Assembly (NCBI GenBank): GCA_951804945.1
Contig: OX638149.1
Span: 82,956,001-83,020,000, forward strand
Direction of reading: 5' to 3'
DNA length: 64,000 nucleotides
Origin: Podarcis cretensis
Lineage: Eukaryota
Both the position numbers and the translations under genes were made by a program. Shown one piece after another: positions 41,790-54,572 of this stretch; the stretch's first letter is position 1, and every line of letters starts with the position of its first letter. The notes beneath the pieces were generated by a model. The model was given only the letters and a program-made list of their open reading frames with translations. It searched no databases and was not told where the DNA came from.

Positions 41790-42320
41790 ATGGGCTATGT
41801 CAAAATGGCAAAGATGACCATGAAGTTCAGACACCAAGATGATAAAAAATTGGGGGGGGGGGGATTATAGAATATCTTAAAGACAACCGTAGATGCTTTA
41901 AAAAGTTAGCAGGATTGTTATAACACTTATAATGCAATATGATTTAAGTTAAAAAAGGAGATAAAATGGATAAGAAAAATGTAAGGTAAAGGTAAGGGTA
42001 CCCCTGCCCGTTCGGGCCAGTCTTGCCAGACTCTAGGGTTGTGCGCTTATCTCACTCTATAGACCGGGAGCCAGCGCTGTCCGCAGACACTTCCAGGTCA
42101 CGTGGCCAGTGTGACAAAAATGTAAATTATGTATGAATTATGCATAATTATGTATAAATTATGTAAATTAGTAGAAAAATGTAATTAGATGCAAAAAAGG
42201 GAGGGAATTGGAAGGGGGGAGTCCGAGGGATCTAAGTAATCCCAGAAGCACAGAAATTGAAAATGATGTGAATGCATAAGAATATTGTTTAAAAGATGAA
42301 AATAAAATATTAAAAAAACA
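41790..42320 (+). mobile_element. L1-like LINE 3' end interrupted by a Sauria SINE
   Basis: Purine-rich 3' UTR ending in AATAAA plus an A-run, resembling the 51850-52150 copy. Confidence 0.55.
41985..42115 (-). mobile_element. 5'-truncated Sauria SINE
   Basis: Reverse complement of the 3' part of 17768-18132; TSD AAAAATGTAA on both sides. Confidence 0.88.
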
Positions 42321-42911
42321 AACACTGTGGGATGGGCAGGGTAGGATCAATTATTATTATCATCATTATCATTACGAGGGCTTTTTTCAGCTAGAACTCA
42401 CAGGAACTGAGTTCCAGCACCTCTCAGGTGGACAGTGTTTCCATTCTAAGAGAACAAGGGAGGCGGTTCATGGTGAAAAATAGCACTGATTATTATCCAC
42501 CAATCACTACGACATTTGCCAGTGACACACCCACACTACCCATGCATGAAAGGCAAGCCACATGTAGACTGATGCCTTTCATGCATGGGTACTGTGGGAG
42601 CATCAGTGGTGAATTTCATAGTGATTGGTGGGCAGTTGCAGCGTTGCTGTGGGAGTGGAAGCCCTGCTGATTCAACCCAAAAGCCCATCTAGTCCAGCAT
42701 CTGTTTCTCACAGCAGCCAACCTCTGGAAAGCTCACAAACAGGACAGGACGGAAATAGCTTCCTCCTGCTGTTCCCTAGTGGCTGGCATTCAGAGACACA
42801 CTTCCTTTGCTCCTGGAGGTAATATATAGCCTTCATGAATATAGTAACCACTGAGAGCCTTATCATCTGTTGAGAGTTTTATCCTCCGTAGTTTATAATG
42901 ACTCAATATAT

Positions 42912-43160
42912 AGAAGAAGAAGAAGAAGAGTTTGGATTTGATATCCCGCTTTATCACTACCCGAAGGAGTCTCAAAGCAGCTAACATTCTCCTTTCCCTT
43001 CCTCCCCCACAACAAACACTCTGTGAGGTGAGCGGGGCTGAGAGACTTCAGAGAAGTGTGACTGGCCCAAGGTCACCCAGCAGCTGCATGTGGAGGAGCG
43101 GAGACGCGAACCCGGTTCACCAGATTACGAATCTACCACTCTTAACCACTACACCACACT
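42912..43160 (-). mobile_element. tRNA/CORE-derived SINE (Squam3-like)
   Basis: On the minus strand: GTGTGGTGTAGTGGTTAAGAG A-box, GGTTCGCGTCTCC B-box, CORE-like TGGGTGACCTTGGGCCAGTCAC, (CTT)n tail. Confidence 0.8.
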
Positions 43161-44880
43161 ATAATCTCACAATACTCAGAAGAAAGTCCTTTTGAATTCA
43201 GTGGGGCTTACACCCGGGTTAGTGGGGTTACAATTTCAGCTGTACTCTTTTCTCTAAAATGCACATACCTATATTATGAAGTAATCTAATGTAGCAAGTG
43301 ATGATGACCACTATAGAAAATATGGTGATGCCTATATTTTGTCCAATATCAGAGGCAGTATGGCGCTGAATACCAGTTACTGGGGAACACAAATGGGAGA
43401 GTGCTACTCATGTTAGTTCAGCCAGTTGGGCAGGTTTGTGGGTGTGAGCCCCATGTTGGGCAAAAGATTCCTGCATTGCAGGGCTTGGACTACATGATCC
43501 TCATGGTCCCTTCCAACTCTGCAGTTCTGTGACTCTATGTTCTGGCTGTGAGCTTCCCATTGGCATCTAGTAGGCTGTGCTGGAATGGAAAGGGCTTTGG
43601 TCAGATTCAGCACAGCTGTTACAAAAATGAAAATCTGCAACAGACTAGAAAGAAGGCCTCTGAACTGCAAAATTCCAAAGCAAAAATCTGAAGTGTACAG
43701 AAACATTCTTTCAGAGAGCTGCATCGATTTTTCACTGCCACCTTCAATGTGAATTTATTTTCAGACATGAGAGTGATTTGTGCATTTATATCTTGCACAT
43801 GAAATGTGACAAGCTGTCCCAAGAATTCCAAGTTAGACTTCCATTATAAAATCTCTAACCTCCACCCCCCAAGTTGCAGAAGATGACTTAAATGTCAACG
43901 TCCCCACAGGAACATTTTTAGAAAAAAAGGCAATCAACAAAAATCCCAATTTGCATTTTAATCTAAAAATTTCTGAAGACTGTGGGTGGCAATATTGATA
44001 TGTGCCGCCGTTAAAAAAAAAAAAAAAAAGAATTCAGCTGGGAGTTATTTGTGATTTGGATCTAGTCCAGACTACTGCTTTAACTTCCTAAATATGGATT
44101 TAAAAGAATTTTAAATTCAAAGAACATGGAGGTGAGAATGACATATTGCAGCATTACATAAATACAGAATAAGAAAACTGGACAAGAATAAATCTCAGGA
44201 TACTACCTTTGTGAAAGTGGTACTATATTATATATGGTCTATTTTTAATAGTAAAGTAACAATTTAATGCAGATCTAAGAACACTTAATTTTCTAGTAGA
44301 TGGTGACCAGCTTCTTTGAATCAAACTGAATCTGTTTCTCGTGTTACCTTTTTGTTTAATGACTGCCTATCTCCAGAAAACCATACTGTGCCTGGATACA
44401 AAATGAAATATCTAGACTGAGCAAACACAAGTGGCTTCATACAGAACCACAGACTTCAAGTATCTTTAGAGCAAGGATGGAGAACCTCTGGCCCTCCAGT
44501 TGTTAGACTCCAGCTCCCATCAGTCCCAGACAGAATAGCCAAAAGTCAGACTGATGTGAATTGTAGTCTGATGGCATCTGGAGGGCCCCAGGTAAGTGTA
44601 TTGTTTACTTAGATGATACACGTGTATCTTGGGCATAACTCACCAGTCATTACATCCCTGAAAAATGTCACATAAGAAACACAAGAAGCATTTATCACTT
44701 TAATGTGCTGTCTAGCTGCCTAAATACCCCCTTCTAAACCAATGGTGTTGAATGACAACTCCCATCATCCCTGACCACGATATTGATTGTTATGAATAAG
44801 CAGACAGCTCCCTTTCTTATGAGTGGAGTATCAATATTGTGCACGAGGATGAAACTCTGTCAGCTATGAAGAACAATTAC

Positions 44881-44944
44881 CTGGTTGTCCTGGAATGTTG
44901 AAGCGGTACTTTGAGTTGTACTCTGTGGACATGTAGTGAGGTCC
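44881..44944 (-). CDS. SAXO4: SAXO4 coding exon 5
   Basis: ttcgcag|GPHYMSTEYNSKYRFNIPGQP(D)|gtaatt; similar to human GPRFMTSEYNSKY. Confidence 0.9.
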
Positions 44945-47250
44945 CTGCGAATATGCAAACAGCAGTGGAGAGTAAGACCAAATGCTCCAGATGGAGTCTC
45001 CTACTTGCCCTGCCAGTAGGGTTTCCAATGCACTGTTCCACATCCATCCTACTTCTCTGTTTAAGGGCAGACCAATTATTCCTGGGGTAACAGTTCTCAG
45101 CTTTCCAAAGTTATCTTGCTCTCTCTCATGACTTTATTATTTATCCTTTGCTGATCCTTATGCCTGGAACTCCCACCTCTCTCACTTCCTGCAAACCCTT
45201 CCTCAAAGCCCATGTTTTCTGGGAAGCATTTGGCACAACCCCCTGCTGCCCATACACTACTGTAACTAAGACTAAGTAGGCACAATTGGAATAATCTCAT
45301 ATTCCCATGTTTTCCTGTATCGCCATTTCCCTCCACATGGTCTATTCTGCCCCCATATGTCAATTTCTACATTTTAAGCAGTGATGTAGGGAAACTGGGG
45401 GTACAAAACTTACAGCCTCTTTCAGCCAATGAAGTACCAGGGTAATGGACACAATCCTTCTTGCTCCGATTCAAGCTTTACTACCATTTGTGGCAGATTA
45501 GCATTGGAGAAGTCAGAGGATAAGGAAAATAATCAAGGAGAGACTTTTCTTTGGTGGGGTTCCTATGCTGCCCTAGCAGTGTGAATAGCAAATGGTGTGT
45601 GTTGTTGTTGTTGTTGTTGTTTTGAATTTCTAATTAAAAGCTAAAGATTGCATTTACAAGTTGAACAGGGCTAGTGCCCCACCAATCCTGCCACTGCCAC
45701 TGCAACAGCAGCAGTGACAAGATCTTGTGCAATCTCACAAAAATCAACTTCATGCAGTCTGCAGTATCTCGCAAGAGTGCCACAAGATCTCATTGGAACC
45801 CACCACCATCTCTGATGCTTTGTGGGCACCACTGTGCAACCTAAGTAAGAGAGGCTTTGACAGGGGAGGTTTCAGTGACAGGGCAGCATCTTCTTGTTTC
45901 CCTTCAGGCAGCAAAACACCCCTAAATTCAACCTATGCATCCAGCATAAGAATTGCTGAGTTCAATGGAGCTTACTCCAGGTAACTGTGTGTCGGATTGA
46001 AGTCATGCTATATGGCTGATCAGGGATGTGAACCCAGGTTTCACCAGCCAAATTCTAACATGTTAACCAATATGCCAGGTATCTTCAACCTTTTCAGTAC
46101 CCAGGACCCCCTTTTAATCCAAACTTGCATTTGGGGATCCATTTCTTAAATCTCTAACATATGTTTGTGTGGTAGTAGTGCTCCTGTTATGACCCACTTT
46201 TGATCAGGCCGTGCCCCATGAATGGGTCCCGACCCACCAGGTAAAGGACCAGTGTGCTATACCATCCCTTGTCAATTCACTATTCTAGGGCTGCATTTTA
46301 TTCTGTCACACTTTCCCCCCTCTCCCATACATACCACCTTAGGATGACATCCTGCTTGTTCATAGCTCAATGATTGAAATGTTGAGTGATGACTTGTAGG
46401 TGTGAAACAACCTTCACAGATCAAAGAATGCAGACTGGAGCTTTCCTATTAGCTCACATCACCACAGACAATACTTTTCTATGGAGGCAATTCACACCTT
46501 CTGGTGCAAGTCATCAGGCAAGGAGACAGGCATATGTGAATCAAGCTTTAGATCAGGAGTGAAAATGAAGACTATGGGGATAAAATCGGATCACTTTCTA
46601 TATGGAAAGGTACTTGGTTTTGCAGTAACCCAGGAAAGTCAAGCTTTTCCTGCCAATACTTTCACTGTATGCTAAAATATTGGTTTTCAACAGGTTTGCT
46701 GTGAGCAGCACTGCAACCAACAATTTTAAAAATATTTTCCCCCATTGCGGATTATGAGGACATGAGCAGGGAAAGTCATGCATAAAATGGAAACTCCCCT
46801 TTTATTTTACTGCATCTGGTGGTGGATATAAGAGGCAAATTCTAGGACCCTGGATTCAACACTGGCCAACCAGATGCCTATGAGAAGCCCAACACCAGGA
46901 CCAGAGTGCAACAGCACTCTCTCTATTTGTGATTCCCAGCAAATGGTATTAAGAGGCATACTGTCTCTGATAACTGAGGTAGTACATAGCCATCAGGACT
47001 GGTAGCAGCCATTGACAGCCTTATCCTCCATGGCTTTTTCTAATCTCCTTTTGAGGCTGTCCAAATTGGCAGTTGTCACTACATCTTATACAGTAGGAGC
47101 AAGTTCAATAGCTTACGCACTGTGTGAAGAAGCCAGACCTTCTGGCCCTGAGTTCTAATGAAAACTCCCCTTTATACCTCTTCTGTGATCAGGTACTGCC
47201 TAAGCTACAGTCAAATGAGGAAGGGCCCATTGAACTAGCAGCTGACTCAC

Positions 47251-47379
47251 ATGTCTGGCATGTTCCACATCGACAGAACCTCTTCCATACAACTTGTGCA
47301 GGTCAGGGGTATGTTTAGGCTCCAACCCTGATATAGCTTGGGCTCCCTGGTCTGCTGTGTCAAAATGCACTTTCTTGAC
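47251..47379 (-). CDS. SAXO4: SAXO4 coding exon 4 (contains KVHF, an RVxF-type PP1-docking motif)
   Basis: ttttgcag|VKKVHFDTADQGAQAISGLEPKHTPDLHKLYGRGSVDVEHARH|gtgagt. Confidence 0.92.
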
Positions 47380-49259
47380 CTGCAAAATGAAGCCCAGCTT
47401 GCAATTTGGAAAGTTAAGTATGAATACCACAAATACCAGAACTGACGTGATACTGTTCAGGGCTATTGTTGCGAAAGGAGGGGAAAGAACAGTCAAAAGA
47501 GAGCAGGAAAATGCATATATAACATCTTGTATCTGTCCCCTTCTCAGAAGTGGTAGGGAGTCATCTTCTTCATGGCTGAGCCCTTGATCACAGCTCTAAT
47601 TAAAACATTAGGAAGCCAGTGAGGTCAATCAGTGAAGCTACAAGGCTTCATGCTCCCAATCTCACCCATTTCTTCTTTTTCCTATACACTCCAAACAAAA
47701 TAATTAGAATTTCAGCTTATGTCTTTCCAACAGAATAAAGGTTTTAATCTTTCCTGTGGCAGTGAATGCAGTGAACATGATTACAGTGGGGGGGGGGGGG
47801 GCGGGTTGTTCTGAAAGCCTACAATATAGAAGGCAAATCAAAAGAGAGACACTTTGCTTTTAGTATTCACACAACTGTAAAGCAATTCTGAAATTATAGA
47901 GGAACTGGGTTTGGCAGATACTAGGGCTCAGTCCTACTGCACACTTCCCAAGTCTCAATCCCTCACACAGCTAAACTGTTCTCAACACAGTGTCTGGGTT
48001 TAAAAGGAAGTGATCCTTGTTCAAATGCCTCTTTTCTACCACAACATGTTCCACTTGGTATATAATCCAGGTCACAATCATCTTGGCATGCACACACATA
48101 CACCAGCAGCAGCTCTCCTTAGCTCCATCCTGCACTTACCGGTAATTAGAACAATTCATTAATGAGTCCCAGTCCTTTAGGTGCAGAACTGCCACCTGGA
48201 CATTATTTTACTGATATGTCTAGTAAAAGCATATTCTGGTAGGTAAACAGTATATAGGCTTCTGAAAACCCCACTAATCTGTCTCAACAAAACCCTAGGC
48301 TATCGAGCTTCACCCGTGATCACTAGTCTATGTAGCAAGCCTCATATGTGACTCAGGAATGTCCACTCTGACTCTCAAAGGCTATGAATGGATCACTAAT
48401 ACTAATGTACATTATGCACTCCTGCCCCATAACCATCCATATTCCAAACCTTAACTTACTTACGTGGTGCCTTTATCTATAAACGTATCACATCACAGCA
48501 CAACTTTATGGGCATTTACTCAGAAGCAAGTTCTACTGTGTTTAATGGGGCTAGTAAGCATATTTAAACTGAACAGAGTGTGACTTAATTCTGAACACCA
48601 GCATTTATGGGATTGCACTGCACCTACTGACTTTTTCTGGCTCCTTGTACCATCAAAATGTAACTCCTCTTCACATCTTGTATTTCTGAAGCTCTGTTCG
48701 TTTTGGATCCTCATATACACTTGCCAGATCACATCAATTTATGCATCCTGGCTTTTGTGTTTTGCCCTGCATCACAGTAGATTCTCTTAGACCTCATGGA
48801 TATATAGAGAGTAGCCTGGGAATGGAATGACTCCTAATTGCTCAGAATTTAGTCTTGCAAAACATCCTCCTTCCACACATGCACTGCCACAGTTTTGTGC
48901 TAGATACATCGGATTGAAATTCACAACGCAGGTGATTCATGTATGCATTATTAGTTATGGTAACTATCAGGCACATGGCCCCTTTAAGAAAAAAAGCTAT
49001 GACCCAGGATGCAGGCTCTTGGAGAGCTGACTCAGAAGGATGGAGAAGCTGCTCAAATCAAGGCCTTGCCACTTGCTAGATGGATGTCGGACTTTGAGCT
49101 GTCTCATTGCTGAAGCTCCAAGCTCCAGCCTTCCTGAACTGAAGAAGCAGCCCAAGCCATTATTAATGGCAATAGGTGATAATTTTGGCACATTACAAGC
49201 ATGTTCAATAGCACAACAATACACTGCGCAGAGGCAAATCTTAGGTTTGGGATACTTAC

Positions 49260-49413
49260 CTCTTTAGTGGTGGGGAAAGAAAGAGGTTTTTCTCGAACAT
49301 ACCCACTCCCTGGCTGGTACACACTCCAGGGAAGAGGATATTTCCCATCTGGGAGCTCAAGAGGCTGGAAGTGCTTGGTTGTTGTCGATTCATAATTGTC
49401 CTGAAGGAGCTTC
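49260..49413 (-). CDS. SAXO4: SAXO4 coding exon 3
   Basis: accag|KLLQDNYESTTTKHFQPLELPDGKYPLPWSVYQPGSGYVREKPLSFPTTKE|gtaagt. Confidence 0.92.
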
Positions 49414-49446
49414 CTGGTTTCGGAGAAAATAATAAGCATGAGAGAC

Positions 49447-49494
<48 letters not shown>

Positions 49495-49600
49495 TATACC
49501 CTACCCATCTGGCTGGGTTTCCCCAGCCACTCTGGGTGACTTCCAACAGAATATTAAAATACAATAGTCTATTAAACATTAAAAGCTTCCCTAAATACAC
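49447..49600 (-). mobile_element. 3' tail of the same L2 family, with (AAT)n
   Basis: CCCATCTGGCTGGGTTTCCCCAGCCACTCTGGG is shared with 16432-16464; sits next to the SAXO4 exon 3 acceptor. Confidence 0.8.
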
Positions 49601-50121
49601 AGCATCTGAACTTAAGAGACACACTGGATTTTAATCAGGTTATGTTTAGGCATGTTAGAATTGTGCTCTAAAGACAGCCATGCTTTCTATCTCCTAAAGT
49701 GATGCGTTAGTCCAGGCAACCCAAAAGGTCACTGTCTTTGGTCCTTCCAGTCATCTACACTGCATTCATTATGGATACCACGGTGAAGTGCCAAATGCAA
49801 TTGCCTTGCCATAGTCTTTGTTATTATGCTTTGAGGGAGTACCAGTAAAGCAAATGCAAGCATGTCACTGACTCAGAGGTGACATGAGCATTATGAGGAT
49901 GTGATTATGTTTCACAGCTTTCCCCAATCTGGTACCCCCAAAATGCTCTGGGCTACAGCTCCCACCTGCCAGAGCCAGCACAGCCAATCATCAAGGGTGG
50001 TAAGAGCTGGAGCCCAAAACATCTGGAGGGCAGCGGGTTGGGTGGAATGCAAACCACAAGACAGTTTCCCTGTTCTGATCCATCCCAGTTAATTTCCACA
50101 AAGTATACGACCAATACCTAC

Positions 50122-50239
50122 CCCACAGTTGGATTATCTAATTTGTCTAGGCTTGGCTTGTAGTGGACAACGGGACGGTAATTGGTTTTATATCCTGCTC
50201 CAGAGTGGATGCTAGTCCGAGGACGAAACCCTGCTTGAC
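50122..50239 (-). CDS. SAXO4: SAXO4 coding exon 2
   Basis: ttgccag|(G)QAGFRPRTSIHSGAGYKTNYRPVVHYKPSLDKLDNPTV(G)|gtaggt; phases 1 and 2 fit the neighbouring exons. Confidence 0.9.
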
Positions 50240-50375
50240 CTGGCAAAGGAAAGGGAGACAATGGCAGATTTGTATTGCCTATTTATATCTTCACTTACTT
50301 ACTGCATTTATAAAGCACTGTTTTCCCACTGCACACTCAATACAGTTTACAATATAAAGTAATAACTAATTGTCA

Positions 50376-50552
50376 ATTCAGGTAGGTAGCCGTGTTGGTC
50401 TGACGCAGTCGGGGGAAAATAAATTGTCCAGTAACACCTTATAGACCAACTAAATTTGTTCTGGTATAAGCTTTTGTGTGCATGCACCAGAACAAACTTA
50501 GTTGGTCTATAAGGTGCTACTGGAGCATTTTTTAAAAAAAACTTTTTAAAAT
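50376..50552. mobile_element. Penelope-like element terminus, inverted arrangement
   Basis: GTAGCCGTGTTGGTCTG...CACCTTATAGACCAACTAA, which I recognise as a reptile Penelope-type end; 39-bp inverted repeat; flanking direct repeat CTAATTGTCA (50366-50375 and 50553-50562). Confidence 0.65.
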
Positions 50553-51077
50553 CTAATTGTCATGACACAGAAGATGGGGAAGGAAAAGCAAAACCAAGCA
50601 AATTTGAGTATACTAACTCTTGCCTGATTGGAGCAAGGTGTTACATAATGTTCAGGTGGGATGATCACTACAGCAGAGGAGTGGAGGAGCTACATGGCAG
50701 TTGACCCCAACCGAATCAAGAGAGATGCTGTGGGGCCTCCCTTTGGAGCAGCTGCAAATAGCGGCTGTTCCAGGAGGACAGGAGCCAAATGGTAGTTTGT
50801 CTCAGCTAGGCTGATAAAGGGCTCCTCACCTTTCCCCCTAATGCACCCGGTATGATGGCTCCAGATGGAAGCTACTCTGGTAGGAAAAAAGGCAAAGGGG
50901 AATTGGTGCCAGCCAAGCTGACGGAGGGGGCCTCACTGTCATTTCTCTCTCTACAAAAGCCTCTGCAGGAATCAGTTCTGGAGGATGGAAGCTGGTTAGA
51001 AGGTGGGAAGGGGTGGGGTTTCTCCAAGAACATTCTTGTAATCTTTGGTGCTTTGGCCTGTGATAATATCTAAGCTT

Positions 51078-51215
51078 CAAGCTGGGGCTGGGGAACTGGT
51101 GGCTCTCCAAACATTGTTGGACTACAACTCCCATGATCCCTGGATATTGGCCATGCAAACTGGAGCTGATAGGAGCCCAACAACATCTGGAGGGCACAGG
51201 TACCTCAGCCCTGGC
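51078..51215. mobile_element. Short palindromic MITE (GACTACAACTCCCAT family)
   Basis: Related copies at about 3210-3330, 44472-44590, 49913-50050 and 61000-61100. Confidence 0.6.
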
Positions 51216-51849
51216 TGTGGTAAGGGGTTCTGACATGAAATGTGTCTAACTCGAGGCATCCCTGTTACATGTGTGCCCAGTGCATGCATATCTACAGTGT
51301 TGTCAAATTGGGGCACGATGCTGATTTAGTAGGAAGCAGCAGCAATAGTGGAACATGGATGGGCCTAACTCAAGTGATCCTGTCGTTTCAACAGGGACAC
51401 GTTTCACTGTTTCCAACTGAGTTAAAATAGGAAATTACAGCACTGCAGACACTGCCTATAACAGAATGTAAGCAGCTTGGGAACCAGGCAGGGGCAAAGC
51501 ACTTTGAAATAAAGAACACAACCTCTGCATAGATATGCCTGGGAGAAAAGTTATATCTCAGGTGAATTTCACTCCAAACAATTCTTGAGATACATGGGAG
51601 GTAGCAGCATAAGCAAACTGCCTAGAAAACTCCATTGAGCTCAGTGGCTCCGAGCAAACATGTTTAGAACTGAGTTGTTTGTTCTGGGTACATTCAGATG
51701 CAACACTCTAAAGGGCTTCTTGCTTCACACAACCTTCCAATGCTTGCAGCAAACTTTTCATCCAAACATGGTTTGTGCTTGCTTGAAAAACCAGGATCAG
51801 ACAAGCCTTGGGTTTCGATTCAGCACACATTGTAGTTTGCTACTTAATT

Positions 51850-52400
51850 TCTTTTTTTGAAATCATTTTTATTTGATTTTACAAATGCAAATTAATTGCA
51901 ATGCCAAATACATATCCATAAAGAGATATTTCTCTGAATCTCGCAACTCCCCCCCATGGGTCCTAATGCCAAAAATCCCACCTGCATATTATTTCATAGT
52001 CTTATGTTTTATATCTATCCATATTGTCCATAATATTTGTTACATTACAAGTGGGGTTAAAACCCTGCCAATGTTTTCATCTGCTTACAGTGGTCTCCTA
52101 AATAAATTATTAACTTTTCAAATTCTTTCTTGGATTTCTTGTCTTCTTGGTCTCTGAGTTTCCTGGTCAGTTTTGCCATTTCAGCTGAGTCTCACAGCTT
52201 AGTTTGCCTGTCCTCTCTGGTAGGAACTCTTCCTTCTTTCCATTTCTGGGCTAGTAGCATCCGTGCTGCTGTTGTCGCATACATGAAAAGTCTTTTCTGT
52301 TCCTTTGGAATGTTGGTACCTATAATTCCTAATAAAAAGGCTTCTGGTTTTTTAACAAAAGTTTTCAATTTATTTTGCATGGGTTCCCAATAATCAAGAA
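51850..52400 (-). mobile_element. L1/Tx1-like LINE 3' end
   Basis: KPEAFLLGII...LFMYATTAARMLLAQKWK..VPT ORF2 C-terminus, followed by a 3' UTR and A-rich tail. Confidence 0.8.
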
Positions 52401-52559
52401 TCAAACGTTACTAAATGTGGCACATGATGGAAGCTTGAATCTCATTATTGCAACAACAAACCAGGGATTAGAATTATGCCTGAACAGCCTACCATCCTTT
52501 TGGGTAGTAAACTAGCCACAGATAAGATAAATCCCTTCCCTTATCGAAGACGTCCTTAC

Positions 52560-52665
52560 CATAAGCTGTGCCATAGCTGGTACAGTAGAATTTCATGGGG
52601 TCCATACACCCACCAGAGCTAGTTTTTACATAGGGAGAAACAATCCCCAGGGGGAGACGACCCAT
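52560..52665 (-). CDS. SAXO4: SAXO4/PPP1R32 (IIIG9) coding exon 1
   Basis: MGRLPLGIVSPYVKTSSGGCMDPMKFYCTSYGTAY-G|gtaagg; matches the N-terminus of human PPP1R32 (MGKLPLGVVSPYVKMSSGG...). Confidence 0.92.
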
Positions 52666-54050
52666 CTTCTCTGAAGATACAGAGGTGGATTTACTGATGA
52701 AAGGTTTCCCTGGAGGAATAGAAATGGAAGATGATTGACCACTAATCATTCTGGATGCAGGAATGCTGTTCAGCCTCTGGACAAAGAAATCAGTCTGACT
52801 TGAAGCAACTGTTCATCTGCATTGTGTGCATGTCTCCTTAGAAACAGTGAGGTCACACACACAGCATTGTGATGTCACAGACTCAGGATTTTTAAAGGGG
52901 GCTAATGATACAAACCTGGCCATTCGTGGTCTTAATACATCAGGGTCAGGTCTTAAACACTCCTTATTGGTTGCAGGTGCACTGTGGCTCAAGTGAAGCA
53001 ATAGAACCAACTCCTTCCACAAAAATGGAGATACAGTACCAGAATATACCATTTTACCTGAAGACTGTAAAAATATTCAACCTTGCTATTCTGTTCCAAT
53101 TGGCAAGTAAGACACCCTCAGGGAAATCCCTGTTGAAATGGAGGGGAACCACACAAGAGTAGGGTGGCACTTTTCCTTTTTATAGAGAAAAGCTTCCAGA
53201 AGGATTTGAAACACTGAAGATCAGGTAAAATGTTCAGGGATCTCCCAGTACTGGGTGGGTGGGTGGGTGTGAATGTCCTTCCTTCTATGAATCAGGAACC
53301 AGTTCGTATGATAGTCCCCACCCCATGCTGTAGCACATGGATTCTGCACACTCCACACAAAGCACTAGCTAATCTGTACCCCTCCCACAATTTCTGCCTG
53401 TCCTTTTTCTAGAACTCTTCTATTGCATCTTTCTTGTTGTTCTTCTGCTGTCAATATAGGAGTGCTTGTGGTGATTGTAGCACTGCACTATTATCAACAT
53501 GTTTTCAATCTATCCACCTCACATTTACAATAACCTCTGAGTGGGAAATTGTTATACTCCATATTCGTTTCCAAACCTCCATTTTGTGTCCATTGGTGAG
53601 CAGCTGTGACGAACCACTTTTTCTTATTTTTCCTCCATAAATTCAACTGCTTTGTTGTGAAGTACCACAGAGAACTTTCCATTTTAATTTTCTCCACCCT
53701 CCCAACACACCTGAAGTGCTATACATGTCTTGACAAAATATATGGCACCTGTTAATAGGTGAGTTGAGAGACCACCTTACTCCTTATATACATAGCAGAT
53801 TATTGTGTTCTGCAGGAGTCTCCCTCAAGTTCCAAAGATCTTAGAATCCCAGTTAACAGTAGCTCAGAGGAAGGCTTTCAGTGCTGCTGCCCCTGTTCTG
53901 TAGAACAGCATTTCTGTCAAGATATGGCAGAGGCCATTTTTTGCACATTCCAGAAACAATTGAAAATATGTTTGTTTTGTTGGAGAAATTTCTCACAGAC
54001 AATTTAACCAAGCTTTCCCAGCTGGCTGAAGAGGCCTCTCTCTGCCTTAG

Positions 54051-54294
54051 TGTTATGTACTGAAGTTCTCACCCTGGGCCAGCAGGGGCATACTGTAGAT
54101 AGTTTTCACTCAGGTCCACGTCAGTTATTTTAGGCGGGAAACCCTGGGTTGTTGTTGCTACAATGTTGACAGCCGGCTGCCTATAAAAGCAGGCCGGCTG
54201 AGCGGTTTGCTGTTCAGTTCTGTCCAGCTTACAAATAAAGAGCTGCTCTGGAGAAATCGCTGTGTCGTCTGCTATGTTCGCCCACAACTTAACA
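54051..54294 (+). mobile_element. Solo LTR
   Basis: TGTTA...TAACA termini, internal TATAAAA (about 54182) and AATAAA (about 54234), near-perfect 5-bp TSD CTTAG/CTTAA. Confidence 0.8.
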
Positions 54295-54412
54295 CTTAAA
54301 TTTAAAAGCAATATGAGTGAATACCTATCTCTAGGGGTTTTTTTTCATTGTTAGTTTTAAAAGCAATTTTTAGCTGTTTTTATTATATCCTGCATTGCAA
54401 GGGGTTGGACTC

Positions 54413-54413
<1 letters not shown>

Positions 54414-54459
<46 letters not shown>

Positions 54460-54572
54460 TTTATTTATATCCCGCCCTCCCCAGCAGAAGCCGGGCTCAG
54501 GGCGGCTAACAACAATAAAACAGTACAAAAGTACACCACAAACAACACTCTAAAATCATTCATTATAAAATT
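54414..54572 (-). mobile_element. (AAT)n tail plus L2-type 3' end inserted into a CR1 tail
   Basis: (AAT)n then TTTATTTATATCCCGCCCTCCCC...GGGCGGCT; the flanks rejoin into the CR1 tail seen intact near 58490-58545. Confidence 0.65.
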
